A DNA stretch of 64,000 bases from a virus. Every line of letters begins with the position of its first letter. The stretch's first letter is position 1. Positions 15,591-25,317 of this stretch are shown piece by piece. The DNA lies in the IMG/VR virus record IMGVR_UViG_3300017730_000002, positions 45,287-109,286 of that record; one strand, written 5' to 3'. Both the position numbers and the translations under genes were made by a program. The notes beneath the pieces are model-generated. The model was not told the DNA's origin, searched no databases, and was given only the letters and a program-made list of their open reading frames with translations.

Positions 15591-16181
15591 ATGGATGAAA
15601 TATTTAATAAATTAATAAAAGAAAAGCTTACTCCTAATTCTTTATATGTATTACATTGTATTAAGAATAAGTTATCTGTATCTAAATCTTTAGCTAATTC
15701 TGATTTAGAAGTACATAGATTAAAGAGTGAGGATTGGCTTAATGAGGATTTGCAATTAACTAGTAAAAGCCTTATCTTTATGGAAGAATTAGGTTCTTAT
15801 TTTAGAAAGACTAAAAAGAAAACTTCTAAAGATTTAATGGGGGATAATTATGACAATAAAATAAAGTTATATAACTCTTTATTCCCTGCTAAAAAACTTG
15901 GAAGTGGTAAGTATGCAAGAACTAATGTAAAAAACTTGGAAGCAGGTTTTAGATGGTTTTTTGATACTTATGACTATGATTGGCATACAATATTATTAGC
16001 AACAAAAAAATATGTACTTGAATATAAAATGAAAAATTATGAATACATGAGAACATCCCAATATTTTATTAGAAAACAAAATACAGACAAATCTTTTGAG
16101 TCTGATTTAGCTACTTACTGCGACATGTTAAATGAAGTAGATTCTAATGAATTTGACATATTCAAAGATAAAATAGTATAA
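15591..16181 (+). CDS. Putative replication initiator or helicase loader
   Basis: wHTH-like N-terminus, C-terminal YNSLFP...YMRTSQYFI region, position directly before DnaB. Confidence 0.5.
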   Translation: MDEIFNKLIKEKLTPNSLYVLHCIKNKLSVSKSLANSDLEVHRLKSEDWLNEDLQLTSKSLIFMEELGSYFRKTKKKTSKDLMGDNYDNKIKLYNSLFPAKKLGSGKYARTNVKNLEAGFRWFFDTYDYDWHTILLATKKYVLEYKMKNYEYMRTSQYFIRKQNTDKSFESDLATYCDMLNEVDSNEFDIFKDKIV

Positions 16182-16182
16182 T

Positions 16183-17184
16183 TTGGAACAATTCAATGGT
16201 GCAAAGCCTTTAAAGGCTATTAGTAAGGTGCGTGCTTATGAGAAGGCCCTTTTAGAAATGAGAGGGAGAATGGACGGTAGAATTAAAAGTCTTGCAACTG
16301 CATGGCCTAAGTTTAATGATGCTACACTAAATGGTTTAGAGTGGAATACTCTAACTGTTGTTGGCGCTAGACCTGGTGTTGGTAAAACTTTATTTATGGA
16401 GCAGCTTGTTACAGAAGTTATTGCTCTTAATAAAGATCAAGACTTTCAAGTTCTACAATTTCAATTTGAGATGCCTGAGAAAACTCTTGGTATGAGAGCG
16501 TTCTCTGCTATAACTCAGAAAGATTATGGTGTCCTTCATAGTAAGTATGAACCTTTAGAAGAAGAGATTTACAATAAATGTAAACAATACACTAGTACAC
16601 TTAATAAAAACAATAGGGTATTCTCTATTTACAGACCGTGTACTGTTAATGAATTCTGCGCAAGTATAGATTATCATTTTAGACAAAATGTAAAAGAAGT
16701 TAATGGACAAAAGGTGTATCCTAAACTTTTAGTAACTGTAGATCACTCAGCTTTATTTAAAAGAGATAAGCATGAGAAAGATAGATTTGAAATGTTATAC
16801 AATCTAGGTGAAGCGCTAACCTTTATGAAAAGAAGTTATCCACTATCATTTGTTATTTTAAGTCAATTAAATAGAAACATTGATGATCCTAAACGTGCTG
16901 TAGAAGGTACATATGGTAATTATGTTCTAGACTCTGACTTATTTGGTGCTGATGCATTATTGCAACATGCTGATATAGTATTAGGTATTAATAAACCTGC
17001 TGCTAGAAAAATTAGATATTATGGTCCAGAAAGAATACAAATAACAGATCCAGAAACCTTGGTGTTTCATTTCTTAAAATGTAGAAATGGAGACACTAGA
17101 ATAAGTTTCTTTAGATTAGATAGAGATACAATAAGAATAGTAGAAATGAACACACCAACACAAAATAATAAAATTCAAATATGA
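16183..17184 (+). CDS. dnaB: Replicative DnaB-like helicase (C-terminal ATPase domain only)
   Basis: GARPGVGKT, FEM, VDH, LSQLNR, ADIV and KCRNG motifs; TTG start. Confidence 0.9.
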   Translation: MEQFNGAKPLKAISKVRAYEKALLEMRGRMDGRIKSLATAWPKFNDATLNGLEWNTLTVVGARPGVGKTLFMEQLVTEVIALNKDQDFQVLQFQFEMPEKTLGMRAFSAITQKDYGVLHSKYEPLEEEIYNKCKQYTSTLNKNNRVFSIYRPCTVNEFCASIDYHFRQNVKEVNGQKVYPKLLVTVDHSALFKRDKHEKDRFEMLYNLGEALTFMKRSYPLSFVILSQLNRNIDDPKRAVEGTYGNYVLDSDLFGADALLQHADIVLGINKPAARKIRYYGPERIQITDPETLVFHFLKCRNGDTRISFFRLDRDTIRIVEMNTPTQNNKIQI

Positions 17185-17792
17185 GTACAAGACAAGAGAA
17201 CCAAAAAGTTCTTATGGCAACACACTTGCCAACATTTAAGAGGTTGAAGATTGCTGACCCTTATTTTATTGCTAAGTCTGCATGGGCGCCCCCAGGAGAA
17301 GCGCTTAAAATACAGTTCTTTCCTAATGAATTAAAACAAGGAAGAGATATCTATACAGAACTTAGTGATTTTAATGCTGTATCAGAAGATCCAACACATA
17401 CATTGTATAAATTAAAGCATAATCCTTTTTATAAAGAGGAATATCCTTTAGAACAAAAGACTAGTAAGTCAGGTAATGATTATGAAGTTTATGTTGTACC
17501 TATTGAGGAGCTTGTTGCTATTGATAAGAAATCAGGTAAAGAAATACCTTATAATTCATATCAAGATTACTTAAAGAACCCTCCCAAAGAAGAAGTAGAG
17601 ACTAAACCCGCTGATTTTCCAAACTTTACTGAAGAATATCTTGATGTAGGGTTGAAGAAGAAAGAGGAAGATGATCCTAAATATGTTCCTTGGAAAGAAG
17701 ATGAAGAAGAAGTAAAAAACTTTCCAGATTGGTTAAACACTTTGGATAGAATAGCAACTGCATTAGAAAAAATAGAAAAGAAAATAAAATGA
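17181..17792 (+). CDS. Hypothetical protein of the replication module
   Basis: 203-aa ORF between DnaB and the AAA ATPase. Confidence 0.75.
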   Translation: MSTRQENQKVLMATHLPTFKRLKIADPYFIAKSAWAPPGEALKIQFFPNELKQGRDIYTELSDFNAVSEDPTHTLYKLKHNPFYKEEYPLEQKTSKSGNDYEVYVVPIEELVAIDKKSGKEIPYNSYQDYLKNPPKEEVETKPADFPNFTEEYLDVGLKKKEEDDPKYVPWKEDEEEVKNFPDWLNTLDRIATALEKIEKKIK

Positions 17793-18514
17793 GTATAGTA
17801 CTTCCAACAAAAAAGGTAAAGAAAGAAAGAGTTAATCCTAAAAGATTAATAATCTATAGTAAACCAAAGACAGGTAAAACAACTGCATATGCAGGCTTAG
17901 AAAACAATTTAATATTGGATCTAGAGAATGGTAGCGAGTATGTTGAAGCATTGAAAGTTAAAATTGAAAACTTACAAGAGCTTCTTGATGCAGGCAAGGC
18001 CATAAAAGAAGCAGATAAACCTTATGATTATGTTACAATAGATACAGTAACCGCATTAGAAGAAATGGTAATGCCACTAGCTGTAAAAATGTACAAAAAG
18101 ACACCAATGGGTAAAAATTATGATGGTAATAATGTAACAACTCTTGCAAATGGTGCTGGATATTTATATATTCGTCAGGCATTTTTTCAAGTATTGGATT
18201 TTATTGATACATTAGCGCCTCATATTATTTTATCTGGACACATCAAAGACAAAGTTGTAGATGATAAAGGAGAAATGGTTATGGCTGCTAATATTGACCT
18301 CACAGGTAAAATAAAATCTTTAATCTGCGCTAATGCAGATGCTATAGGTTATATGTACAGAAAGGGTAATAAGACCATCCTCAATTTTAAAAATGATGAT
18401 GGTGTAACATGTGGTGCAAGACCTGACCACTTAAGAAATGAAGAAATAGTAGTTTCTGAAATGAATGAAAAAGGTGAGATAAAAACTCACTGGAATAAAA
18501 TATACAAATCGTAA
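17789..18514 (+). CDS. AAA_24/Sak4-like ATPase (recombinase)
   Basis: SKPKTGKTT Walker A, LDLENG, IDTVT, GH; adjacent to SSB. Confidence 0.8.
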   Translation: MSIVLPTKKVKKERVNPKRLIIYSKPKTGKTTAYAGLENNLILDLENGSEYVEALKVKIENLQELLDAGKAIKEADKPYDYVTIDTVTALEEMVMPLAVKMYKKTPMGKNYDGNNVTTLANGAGYLYIRQAFFQVLDFIDTLAPHIILSGHIKDKVVDDKGEMVMAANIDLTGKIKSLICANADAIGYMYRKGNKTILNFKNDDGVTCGARPDHLRNEEIVVSEMNEKGEIKTHWNKIYKS

Positions 18515-18542
18515 TTATTAACAATTAAAAAAGAAAAATCAA

Positions 18543-19226
18543 ATGGCTTTAAGTACAACAGATTTAAAAGCAGAGGGTGGTAGCGGAATGCCTAAGACAA
18601 TTGCTCCTGGTAATCATGAACTAAAAATTAATAGTATAAGACTAGATGAATTTAGATTTATTGAAGGAGCATACCATTTACTTATGGAAATGGAAACTAA
18701 ACCAATAGAAGGTTTTGAAGGTTTTCTTAGAGATAGAAATGATGAAAGCAAAGGGCGTTTTGAAGGCCAAATTGGTAGAGTAAAAGCTAGTCAGTATGCA
18801 TTTGCGGATGGTGAAACTAAGTCAGGAATTAAAATACAAAGAGATAGATCTGTATTATTATTCCTAAAGAATTTATCTAATGCTCTTGGTATTGCTGATT
18901 GGTTTGCTGAACAAGATAATCAACATGAAACAATTGAAGACTTTGTAAAAGCATTCAATGATACTGCACCTTATCAAGATAAATATTTACATACTTGTCT
19001 TGCAGGTAAAGAATATGAAAATAAATCAGGTTATATTGCATATGACTGTTGGTTTGCAAAAGCACAGAACAAAAAATATGGCTATGCACCTAATGCAGAA
19101 ACTATGTTACCTTATGATGAGTCTAAACATTTAAGAAAGATTGAGAACAAGCCTGTTGAATCTTTTGGTAATGATGAAGACTTATCAATTCCAATGAAAA
19201 CCAGCGCAGATTTTGATCTAGACTAG
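18543..19226 (+). CDS. Putative single-stranded DNA-binding protein
   Basis: Follows the Sak4-like ATPase; PG.HELKI start, GKEY, acidic-aromatic tail SADFDLD. Confidence 0.6.
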   Translation: MALSTTDLKAEGGSGMPKTIAPGNHELKINSIRLDEFRFIEGAYHLLMEMETKPIEGFEGFLRDRNDESKGRFEGQIGRVKASQYAFADGETKSGIKIQRDRSVLLFLKNLSNALGIADWFAEQDNQHETIEDFVKAFNDTAPYQDKYLHTCLAGKEYENKSGYIAYDCWFAKAQNKKYGYAPNAETMLPYDESKHLRKIENKPVESFGNDEDLSIPMKTSADFDLD

Positions 19227-19236
19227 ATTTCATTTT

Positions 19237-19244
19237 TATATTTG
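19237..19244 (+). promoter_or_regulatory. Bacteroidota-type -7 promoter box
   Basis: TATATTTG in the intergenic gap before primase. Confidence 0.45.
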
Positions 19245-19248
19245 TAAG

Positions 19249-19280
19249 TAAAGGGAGGATTTTTTAGTTCTCCCTTTATT
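19249..19280 (+). terminator. Terminator-like hairpin
   Basis: TAAAGGGAGGA/TTCTCCCTTTA inverted repeat. Confidence 0.6.
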
Positions 19281-19297
19281 GTCTAAAAACATATTGT

Positions 19298-20278
19298 ATG
19301 ATTTCAACTAAAAATTTAATTTCTGATTTAAATGATATACCAACAGGATGGGCTTTTGAATATTACCTAGGATTATCTGAAACACTTGATGGCCAAGATG
19401 TCAAGATAAGATCTATAGTTAATACCAGAGAGCGTACTCCTTCAATGTGTATTTATCTTAATGCTACTACAGGAAGATATTGTTTTAAAGACTTTTCTTC
19501 AGGCAATGGTGGTGACTCCGTAGAACTTGTTAAAATTATTTTTGGCCTTACACGGGGACAATCAGCTATGAAAATTATTGAAGACTATAATCAATATGTT
19601 TTAAACAATGATTGTAATCCTATAAAAGAATATAAAGTTCATAGTAGATATAAGGTAACTGATTATGAGATAAGACACTGGACAACAATTGATCAAAAGT
19701 ATTGGACAAAGTTTAATATTGGATCCAGGCTGCTTGAAAGATATAATGTGGCCCCGCTACAGTACTATGTGATGACTAAAGAAGATAATGATGGTAAGGA
19801 AAGTTCTATTACTATTAAAGGTCTTAGTCTATATGGTTACTTTAAAGATGATGGTACATTGTACAAAGTTTACCAACCTAAAGTTTCTGATAAGAAATTT
19901 ATTAAGGTTAAAAATTACATCCAAGGATCTGATCAACTAAAATATGATAAGAAGTATCTTGTAATTACATCTTCACTAAAAGACTTAATGACCTTTGAGA
20001 GACTTAAGTTAGATGATGCAGAGTCAATTGCACCTGACAGTGAGAATACTTTGATACCAGAGAGCATGCTCAAAAGTATAATACCAAAGTATGAAAAGAT
20101 ATTTGTTTTGTTTGATAATGATGAAGCAGGTATCAGATCTATGAAGAGATACAAAGAGAAGTATGATTTTGATTACGTGATTCTAGATATGGAGAAAGAT
20201 TTATCTGACTCTATTAAGGTACACGGTCTTACTAAAACTAGAGAGGTTTTATTACCCCTATTAAAAAAGTTGATATGA
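19298..20278 (+). CDS. DNA primase (crAss-type DnaG/TOPRIM)
   Basis: ERTPS..FKDFSSG.GGD degenerate Zn-binding domain, KVYQP, ITSSLKD, FDNDEAG, KDLSD. Confidence 0.85.
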   Translation: MISTKNLISDLNDIPTGWAFEYYLGLSETLDGQDVKIRSIVNTRERTPSMCIYLNATTGRYCFKDFSSGNGGDSVELVKIIFGLTRGQSAMKIIEDYNQYVLNNDCNPIKEYKVHSRYKVTDYEIRHWTTIDQKYWTKFNIGSRLLERYNVAPLQYYVMTKEDNDGKESSITIKGLSLYGYFKDDGTLYKVYQPKVSDKKFIKVKNYIQGSDQLKYDKKYLVITSSLKDLMTFERLKLDDAESIAPDSENTLIPESMLKSIIPKYEKIFVLFDNDEAGIRSMKRYKEKYDFDYVILDMEKDLSDSIKVHGLTKTREVLLPLLKKLI

Positions 20279-20778
20279 AAAGTTTAAAGAGTAAAATAAA
20301 AAAGGACATGTATCCTTGGAAAATAGAAATAGATGCTCCTGATAGACCAAGTAAAAAAAAGTTATTAGATTTTAATAATGACATGATTCCAGAAGGTGCT
20401 GTAGGTTTTGTTTACATAATGAACTACTTAGATAGTAAAAGTGGAATAATGTATTCTTACATTGGTAAGAAAAACTTTTATAGTAAAAGAAAGAAAAAGT
20501 TTGGCAAGAAAGCGCTAGCTGCTATGACAGACAAAAGAGCTAAGAAATATGAGACAGTTGTTAAGTTAGACTATGAAAACTATTTCAGTAGCAACAAAGA
20601 ACTAAAACAAGCATATAAAGATGGTAAAATGATATATAGAACCATACTTAAAATTTGTTTTAGTAAATCAAAATTAACTTATCAAGAAACAAAATATCAA
20701 TTTAAATATGAAGTTCTTGAGAAAGATTACTATCTGAATGGAAATATATTAGGAAGATTTTATAAAGGAAAAATATGA
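20275..20778 (+). CDS. GIY-YIG endonuclease (Seg/EndoII-like)
   Basis: GFVY...YIGKK, later E and N.NI motifs. Confidence 0.75.
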   Translation: MKSLKSKIKKDMYPWKIEIDAPDRPSKKKLLDFNNDMIPEGAVGFVYIMNYLDSKSGIMYSYIGKKNFYSKRKKKFGKKALAAMTDKRAKKYETVVKLDYENYFSSNKELKQAYKDGKMIYRTILKICFSKSKLTYQETKYQFKYEVLEKDYYLNGNILGRFYKGKI

Positions 20779-20984
20779 TGAGTCACAAGAATAGCAATCG
20801 GGTATATGTCAATATTGATGAGACTATACGGCATTTATGCACCTATCCTAATCAAGTGAGTGACTTATTTTTAAATCAAAACAAATATGAGTAAAGAAGA
20901 ATTAATAGAGTGGATAGAAAATTTACCACTACAGACACTGACTGATGAATTAAAGGATGATATTATAGAAAAGATAGATGATTT

Positions 20985-21419
20985 ATGAATAAAGAAGTTT
21001 TAAAAAACTTACTAACTATGATGCGGTCAAGTGATAAAGACAATCACTATATGGCAATGCAAGCAATTGTAAATCTGGGTGACCCCAGTACTGTAATAGA
21101 AAATTACAAAGAAGAATTATTATTCTTATGGTTATATGGTAATCCTCATCTTGAGGATTGGGCGCTTGTAGATGTAAGAGTTACAAGACTATTTCGTGAC
21201 TTAGTAAATAAACATAGACCCAAAGGAGTAGGTCTTGTATATAAGCAAGATTTAAAGCTTAAAGAAAGATGGTTGGGTCATATGATAGGACCAAATGCTC
21301 GCATTAAAAAACCATGGGTAGCAGAGTTGATGATTGAAGAGATTATCAATGAGAAAAAGAGAATATTTAATGCTCTTGATTTTAAATACAAAGAAATCCA
21401 AGTAAATATAATACAATGA
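20985..21419 (+). CDS. Hypothetical protein carrying the shared NL..[ML].[KR]S.D.DN...A motif
   Basis: KNLLTMMRSSDKDNHYMAMQAI; ATGA-coupled to the vWA gene. Confidence 0.75.
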   Translation: MNKEVLKNLLTMMRSSDKDNHYMAMQAIVNLGDPSTVIENYKEELLFLWLYGNPHLEDWALVDVRVTRLFRDLVNKHRPKGVGLVYKQDLKLKERWLGHMIGPNARIKKPWVAELMIEEIINEKKRIFNALDFKYKEIQVNIIQ

Positions 21420-22642
21420 ATAGACAAGATTCACTGAGTAAAACATCAAAAGACTTGATGTTAAAGGAACCCTATTATGGTTTCTTTTTATTAATGTTAC
21501 ACAAGAGCTGGAGTGATCAACTTCCAACTGCAGGTGTATGTAAAAATGGCATCAACTTTCAATTGATGATCAATGAGAAGTTCTGGACTGATTTGCCAGA
21601 AGATCACAAACTAGGACTACTGAAACATGAGTTACTTCATATTGCATTTCAACATCTTACAACTTTTACTATGTTTAGTGATAAGAAGATGGCCAATATT
21701 GCAATGGATATGGAGATCAATCAGTATATAGATGGACACTGGTTACCTGAAGGTGGTATAGATATAAATGACTATGGTGATCTTAATCTAGATAAGAAAG
21801 CTGGTTCTAGATATTATTATGATAAGCTTAAGCAAGCTCAACAAGATAAGAAAGATACTGGATCCTGTGGAGATGATAACATGGACAAGTTGCTTGATGG
21901 TATGGAGCAATCTCAATGTAAAGTTACAATTGGAAAAGCTAGTGGTAGAGATGGAGATAAGGAAGTTAATATTCCTGATCATGAGTGGGAAGAGTTTGAA
22001 GACATGCCTGATGCAGAGAAGAAGCTTATTGAAAAGCAAGTTCAAAGAGTTATGTCTGAAGCTAAGGAACAGACTCTTAAGAAGAGAGGGTATGTACCAG
22101 GTGAGATATCAGGTCTTATTAAGCTTGATGAAGTTATACCACCTAAATTTAATTGGAAAGCATATATCAGAAGGTTTACTGGTATATCTACTAAAATCTT
22201 TACTAGAAAAGTTAGGAGAAAAGAGAACAAAAGATACTCTGATAATCCTGGCCTTAAGATAAAGATGAGACAAAACATGCTTGTTGGTATTGATACTTCA
22301 GCTTCTGTTTGTAACAGTGAATTAGAAGAATTTATTAATGAGATACATCACTTGTATAAAGCAGGTGTTAATGTTACAATTGTACAGTGTGACACTAAAA
22401 TTCAATCTATCAAAGATTATGATGGAAAATTTGAACTAGAGGTGTCAGGTAGAGGAGGTACTTATTTTGAACCTGTTCTAGAATTATTTAATGAAAGAAG
22501 AGAGTTTACAAGCTTAATCTATTTTACAGATGGAGAGGCTTGGACAGATATAAAACCCAGGAAGCCAGTTCTATGGGTATTATCAGAGAGATCTGAGTTT
22601 AATGATAGCTTACCAGGAAGACAAATTAGATTAGAAATTTAA
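21416..22642 (+). CDS. DUF2201-type metallopeptidase-vWA protein
   Basis: HELLH zincin motif with NIAMDMEIN; C-terminal vWA MIDAS DTSAS, GGT, FTDG. Confidence 0.88.
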   Translation: MNRQDSLSKTSKDLMLKEPYYGFFLLMLHKSWSDQLPTAGVCKNGINFQLMINEKFWTDLPEDHKLGLLKHELLHIAFQHLTTFTMFSDKKMANIAMDMEINQYIDGHWLPEGGIDINDYGDLNLDKKAGSRYYYDKLKQAQQDKKDTGSCGDDNMDKLLDGMEQSQCKVTIGKASGRDGDKEVNIPDHEWEEFEDMPDAEKKLIEKQVQRVMSEAKEQTLKKRGYVPGEISGLIKLDEVIPPKFNWKAYIRRFTGISTKIFTRKVRRKENKRYSDNPGLKIKMRQNMLVGIDTSASVCNSELEEFINEIHHLYKAGVNVTIVQCDTKIQSIKDYDGKFELEVSGRGGTYFEPVLELFNERREFTSLIYFTDGEAWTDIKPRKPVLWVLSERSEFNDSLPGRQIRLEI

Positions 22643-22657
22643 ATTAAAAAAAAAGAC

Positions 22658-23833
22658 ATGAGTAAAATCACACAGTTAAACGTTGATGAGTTAAAAGGCT
22701 TCTTAAAGCATATGGTTACTAATAACCAGTATATTCAAAATGAAGGTAAAGTACCTGTTGCAATAAATATTGAAGGTGATGCGGGCCTTGGTAAGACTTC
22801 CGCTATTGTCCAGCTTGGTAAAGAGATGGATATGGATGTTGTAAAGATTAATCTATCTCAGATAGAAGAACTAGGTGACCTTGTTGGTTTTCCTGTTAAA
22901 GAATTCAAAATTCAAAATAAAGAAGGCCAAAGCACTTGGATTATGGAAGCTCAGGTTGAAGCTGCTATGAAGAAGGGTTACAAGATTGTAGAAAAGCGCA
23001 TGGCTCATGCTGCACCTGAATGGATCCAAGGTAGAACTGAAGGTGGTTTCTTGGTTCTTGATGATTACACTCGTGCTGATCATAGATTTATGCAAGCAAC
23101 TATGGAAATCTTGGACAGACAAGAATATATTTCTTGGTCTCTTCCTAAGAACTGGCATGTTATCCTGACTACTAATCCAGACAATGGTGAGTATCAGGTA
23201 ACTTCTCTTGATGATGCTCAGAAAACTAGATTTATCTCTACAGAGGTAAAGTTTGATGCTAATGTATGGGCTCGTTGGGCAGAGAAGGTTAACATTGATG
23301 GTAGATGTATTAACTTTTTGTTGATGAATCCTGAGATTGTAACACAAAAGGTTAATCCTAGAAGTATTACTACCTTCTTTAACTCTATTAGCTCTATTCA
23401 AAAGTTTGAAGATGAGTTGCCGCTGATTAATATGATTGGTGATGGGTCAATTGGAGAAGAGCCGTCTGCATTGTTTGCTATGTTTATCAATAACAAGTTA
23501 GATAAGATTATCAGCCCTGAGCAGATTCTTACTAATGATGATTGGAACTATGTTAAAGGTTCTTTGACTAGTTGTATTGGTAAAGATGATGATTTCAGAG
23601 CAGACATCTCTAGTATTATTAGTACTAGAATTATCAACTTTGCATCAATAACAGCTGACAAAGGCTCAGTACCACAAAAGATGATTGATAGAATTATCTC
23701 TTTGGTTACTGACTGTGATTCATTTACTGATGACTTGAGATATTACATGGTTAAAGAGATCCTTAATGGTCACAAAGCCAAATTCTCAAAACTGATGTTG
23801 AATCAGAAGGTGGTGGCGATGACTGTAAAGTAA
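22658..23833 (+). CDS. MoxR-like AAA+ ATPase
   Basis: GDAGLGKT Walker A, GDLVGFP, LVLDDYTRA Walker B region, TTNP sensor, AQKTRF Arg finger. Confidence 0.88.
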   Translation: MSKITQLNVDELKGFLKHMVTNNQYIQNEGKVPVAINIEGDAGLGKTSAIVQLGKEMDMDVVKINLSQIEELGDLVGFPVKEFKIQNKEGQSTWIMEAQVEAAMKKGYKIVEKRMAHAAPEWIQGRTEGGFLVLDDYTRADHRFMQATMEILDRQEYISWSLPKNWHVILTTNPDNGEYQVTSLDDAQKTRFISTEVKFDANVWARWAEKVNIDGRCINFLLMNPEIVTQKVNPRSITTFFNSISSIQKFEDELPLINMIGDGSIGEEPSALFAMFINNKLDKIISPEQILTNDDWNYVKGSLTSCIGKDDDFRADISSIISTRIINFASITADKGSVPQKMIDRIISLVTDCDSFTDDLRYYMVKEILNGHKAKFSKLMLNQKVVAMTVK

Positions 23834-23889
23834 TCACAGATAAAACAGTTTCCCGTTTTACTAAACATTAACCTAATTAATTCACAGAT

Positions 23890-23914
23890 AGAGGGGTGTA
23901 AAAGCCCCTCTTTT
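23890..23914 (+). terminator. Terminator-like hairpin
   Basis: AGAGGGG/CCCCTCT stem plus T run. Confidence 0.6.
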
Positions 23915-23925
23915 AAAAATAAATA

Positions 23926-25317
23926 ATGAGTACAATAAAAAAAATACCATTCGTAAGTTTAGTTGCAGATATTGGAAAAGATGAATATGGCAAAATAGTC
24001 ATACAAGATGTACGTACTGAAGAAACAGATGTATTAAATATAATTGAAGGTGCAAAGTATAATAAGTCAACTCATGGTTTGACATTTAATACTAGTAAGT
24101 GGACACCAAAAATGAAAGATAAGATTTACTTTATGAAAGGATGTACTGTCCCAAGAATAAAGCTTAAGGATCTATCTGTAAAATATAAGATAAGAACTAC
24201 TACTGACTTAAGTACAGCAACCGTTGTTGTTGGTAGTGATAGAGCTGGAGATAAACTGTTTAGCAGCACATGGATGCATTTGGTTCACCCAAAAGTATTT
24301 ATGGCTAGTATGGATGCTTTGAAAGAAGTAGCTGAGGATTTTGATGATTATTATGTAAACCAAGTAAATGATATACTTGAAGGTTTTGATCTAGATACTT
24401 TAGAATATGTGTGTGTTGATTGGCATACTAAAAATCTATGTAACCCTAGAAATAATTCTAATGGAGCTTTAACTACAGCGATTCTTAGAAACTTAGGTTT
24501 AAATCTAGAGCAGTATATACAGTCTGAGTGGTCAAACGTATCAAGGAACAGTGAATATCTATGGACTATAAGTGATGATAATCTAGAGATTTGGGAAGAA
24601 GTTAAAACTAAAGATGTCATTGAGCAAAATGCATTGCTTGAAGTTGTTAATGGTGATGATGCTGTCTTAATTGATTTAGATACTTATCAAAACTTAAGAA
24701 ACATGTTTAAGAGTTCTGATAGTGACAATCATGTGATGGCCATGGAGATTATGGCTAATGCTAATTATCTAGAAAGTCTTCTCTATCTTGAGATGTTATT
24801 CTTTCACCATGGTCATGAAATTGATAGTTCAAGAACTAAAAACCATGTTAACTTTAAGTCATTGAAGAACTATCTTGGTAGAGGTAATAGCAGTAGTCGT
24901 CACATTGATGGCGTTATTGCAAACCTAATGTCTTTTGGTAAACTTGATGAAGCAGCTCTTGCATTTATTATGGAAGATCAAAAAGAATACTTTAGCAAAA
25001 ATGGTTATTCTAGTTATATACAACCAACTGCTTATGGTATGAATCCAGAGTTTCAACCACAGTTAAATTACCAGTGGGTCCATAAAACTGAAGGTTTTGT
25101 AGATAAAACTACAGTAGCCGCAGTTGAAGAAGAAGAGGTTGTTGAAGATACTGTAGATGAAGTTACTGTTTCTGAACCTGTCACGGCAAAAAGGGGGTCT
25201 CTGACGGATCCTAAAATTAAAGAGGTAGAAGTAGAAACAGAAGAAGAAGCTACAGAAGAAGTATTAATAGCAGAAAAAGAAGAAGTAAAGAATGAAGAAA
25301 AGTTTGATTGGTTCTGA
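23926..25317 (+). CDS. Hypothetical protein with BRCT-like N-domain, shared helical motif and acidic tail
   Basis: KIYFMKGCTVPRIKLK...IRTTTDLSTATVVV (BRCT-like); QNLRNMFKSSDSDNHVMAMEIM; E-rich tail ending FDWF. Confidence 0.7.
   Translation: MSTIKKIPFVSLVADIGKDEYGKIVIQDVRTEETDVLNIIEGAKYNKSTHGLTFNTSKWTPKMKDKIYFMKGCTVPRIKLKDLSVKYKIRTTTDLSTATVVVGSDRAGDKLFSSTWMHLVHPKVFMASMDALKEVAEDFDDYYVNQVNDILEGFDLDTLEYVCVDWHTKNLCNPRNNSNGALTTAILRNLGLNLEQYIQSEWSNVSRNSEYLWTISDDNLEIWEEVKTKDVIEQNALLEVVNGDDAVLIDLDTYQNLRNMFKSSDSDNHVMAMEIMANANYLESLLYLEMLFFHHGHEIDSSRTKNHVNFKSLKNYLGRGNSSSRHIDGVIANLMSFGKLDEAALAFIMEDQKEYFSKNGYSSYIQPTAYGMNPEFQPQLNYQWVHKTEGFVDKTTVAAVEEEEVVEDTVDEVTVSEPVTAKRGSLTDPKIKEVEVETEEEATEEVLIAEKEEVKNEEKFDWF

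Noticed and set aside
20275-20778. Mobile homing endonuclease element
   Set aside because: Free-standing GIY-YIG gene, ATGA-coupled to primase, with no intron structure or recognisable DNA-binding repeats; mobility cannot be supported
21819-22262. 147-aa + strand ORF in an alternative frame inside the vWA gene
   Set aside because: Leu/Lys-rich shadow frame fully inside a motif-supported gene
22871-23401. 176-aa minus-strand ORF opposite MoxR, and similar short antisense ORFs throughout both arms
   Set aside because: Antisense shadows of well-supported genes, with no motifs or start signals
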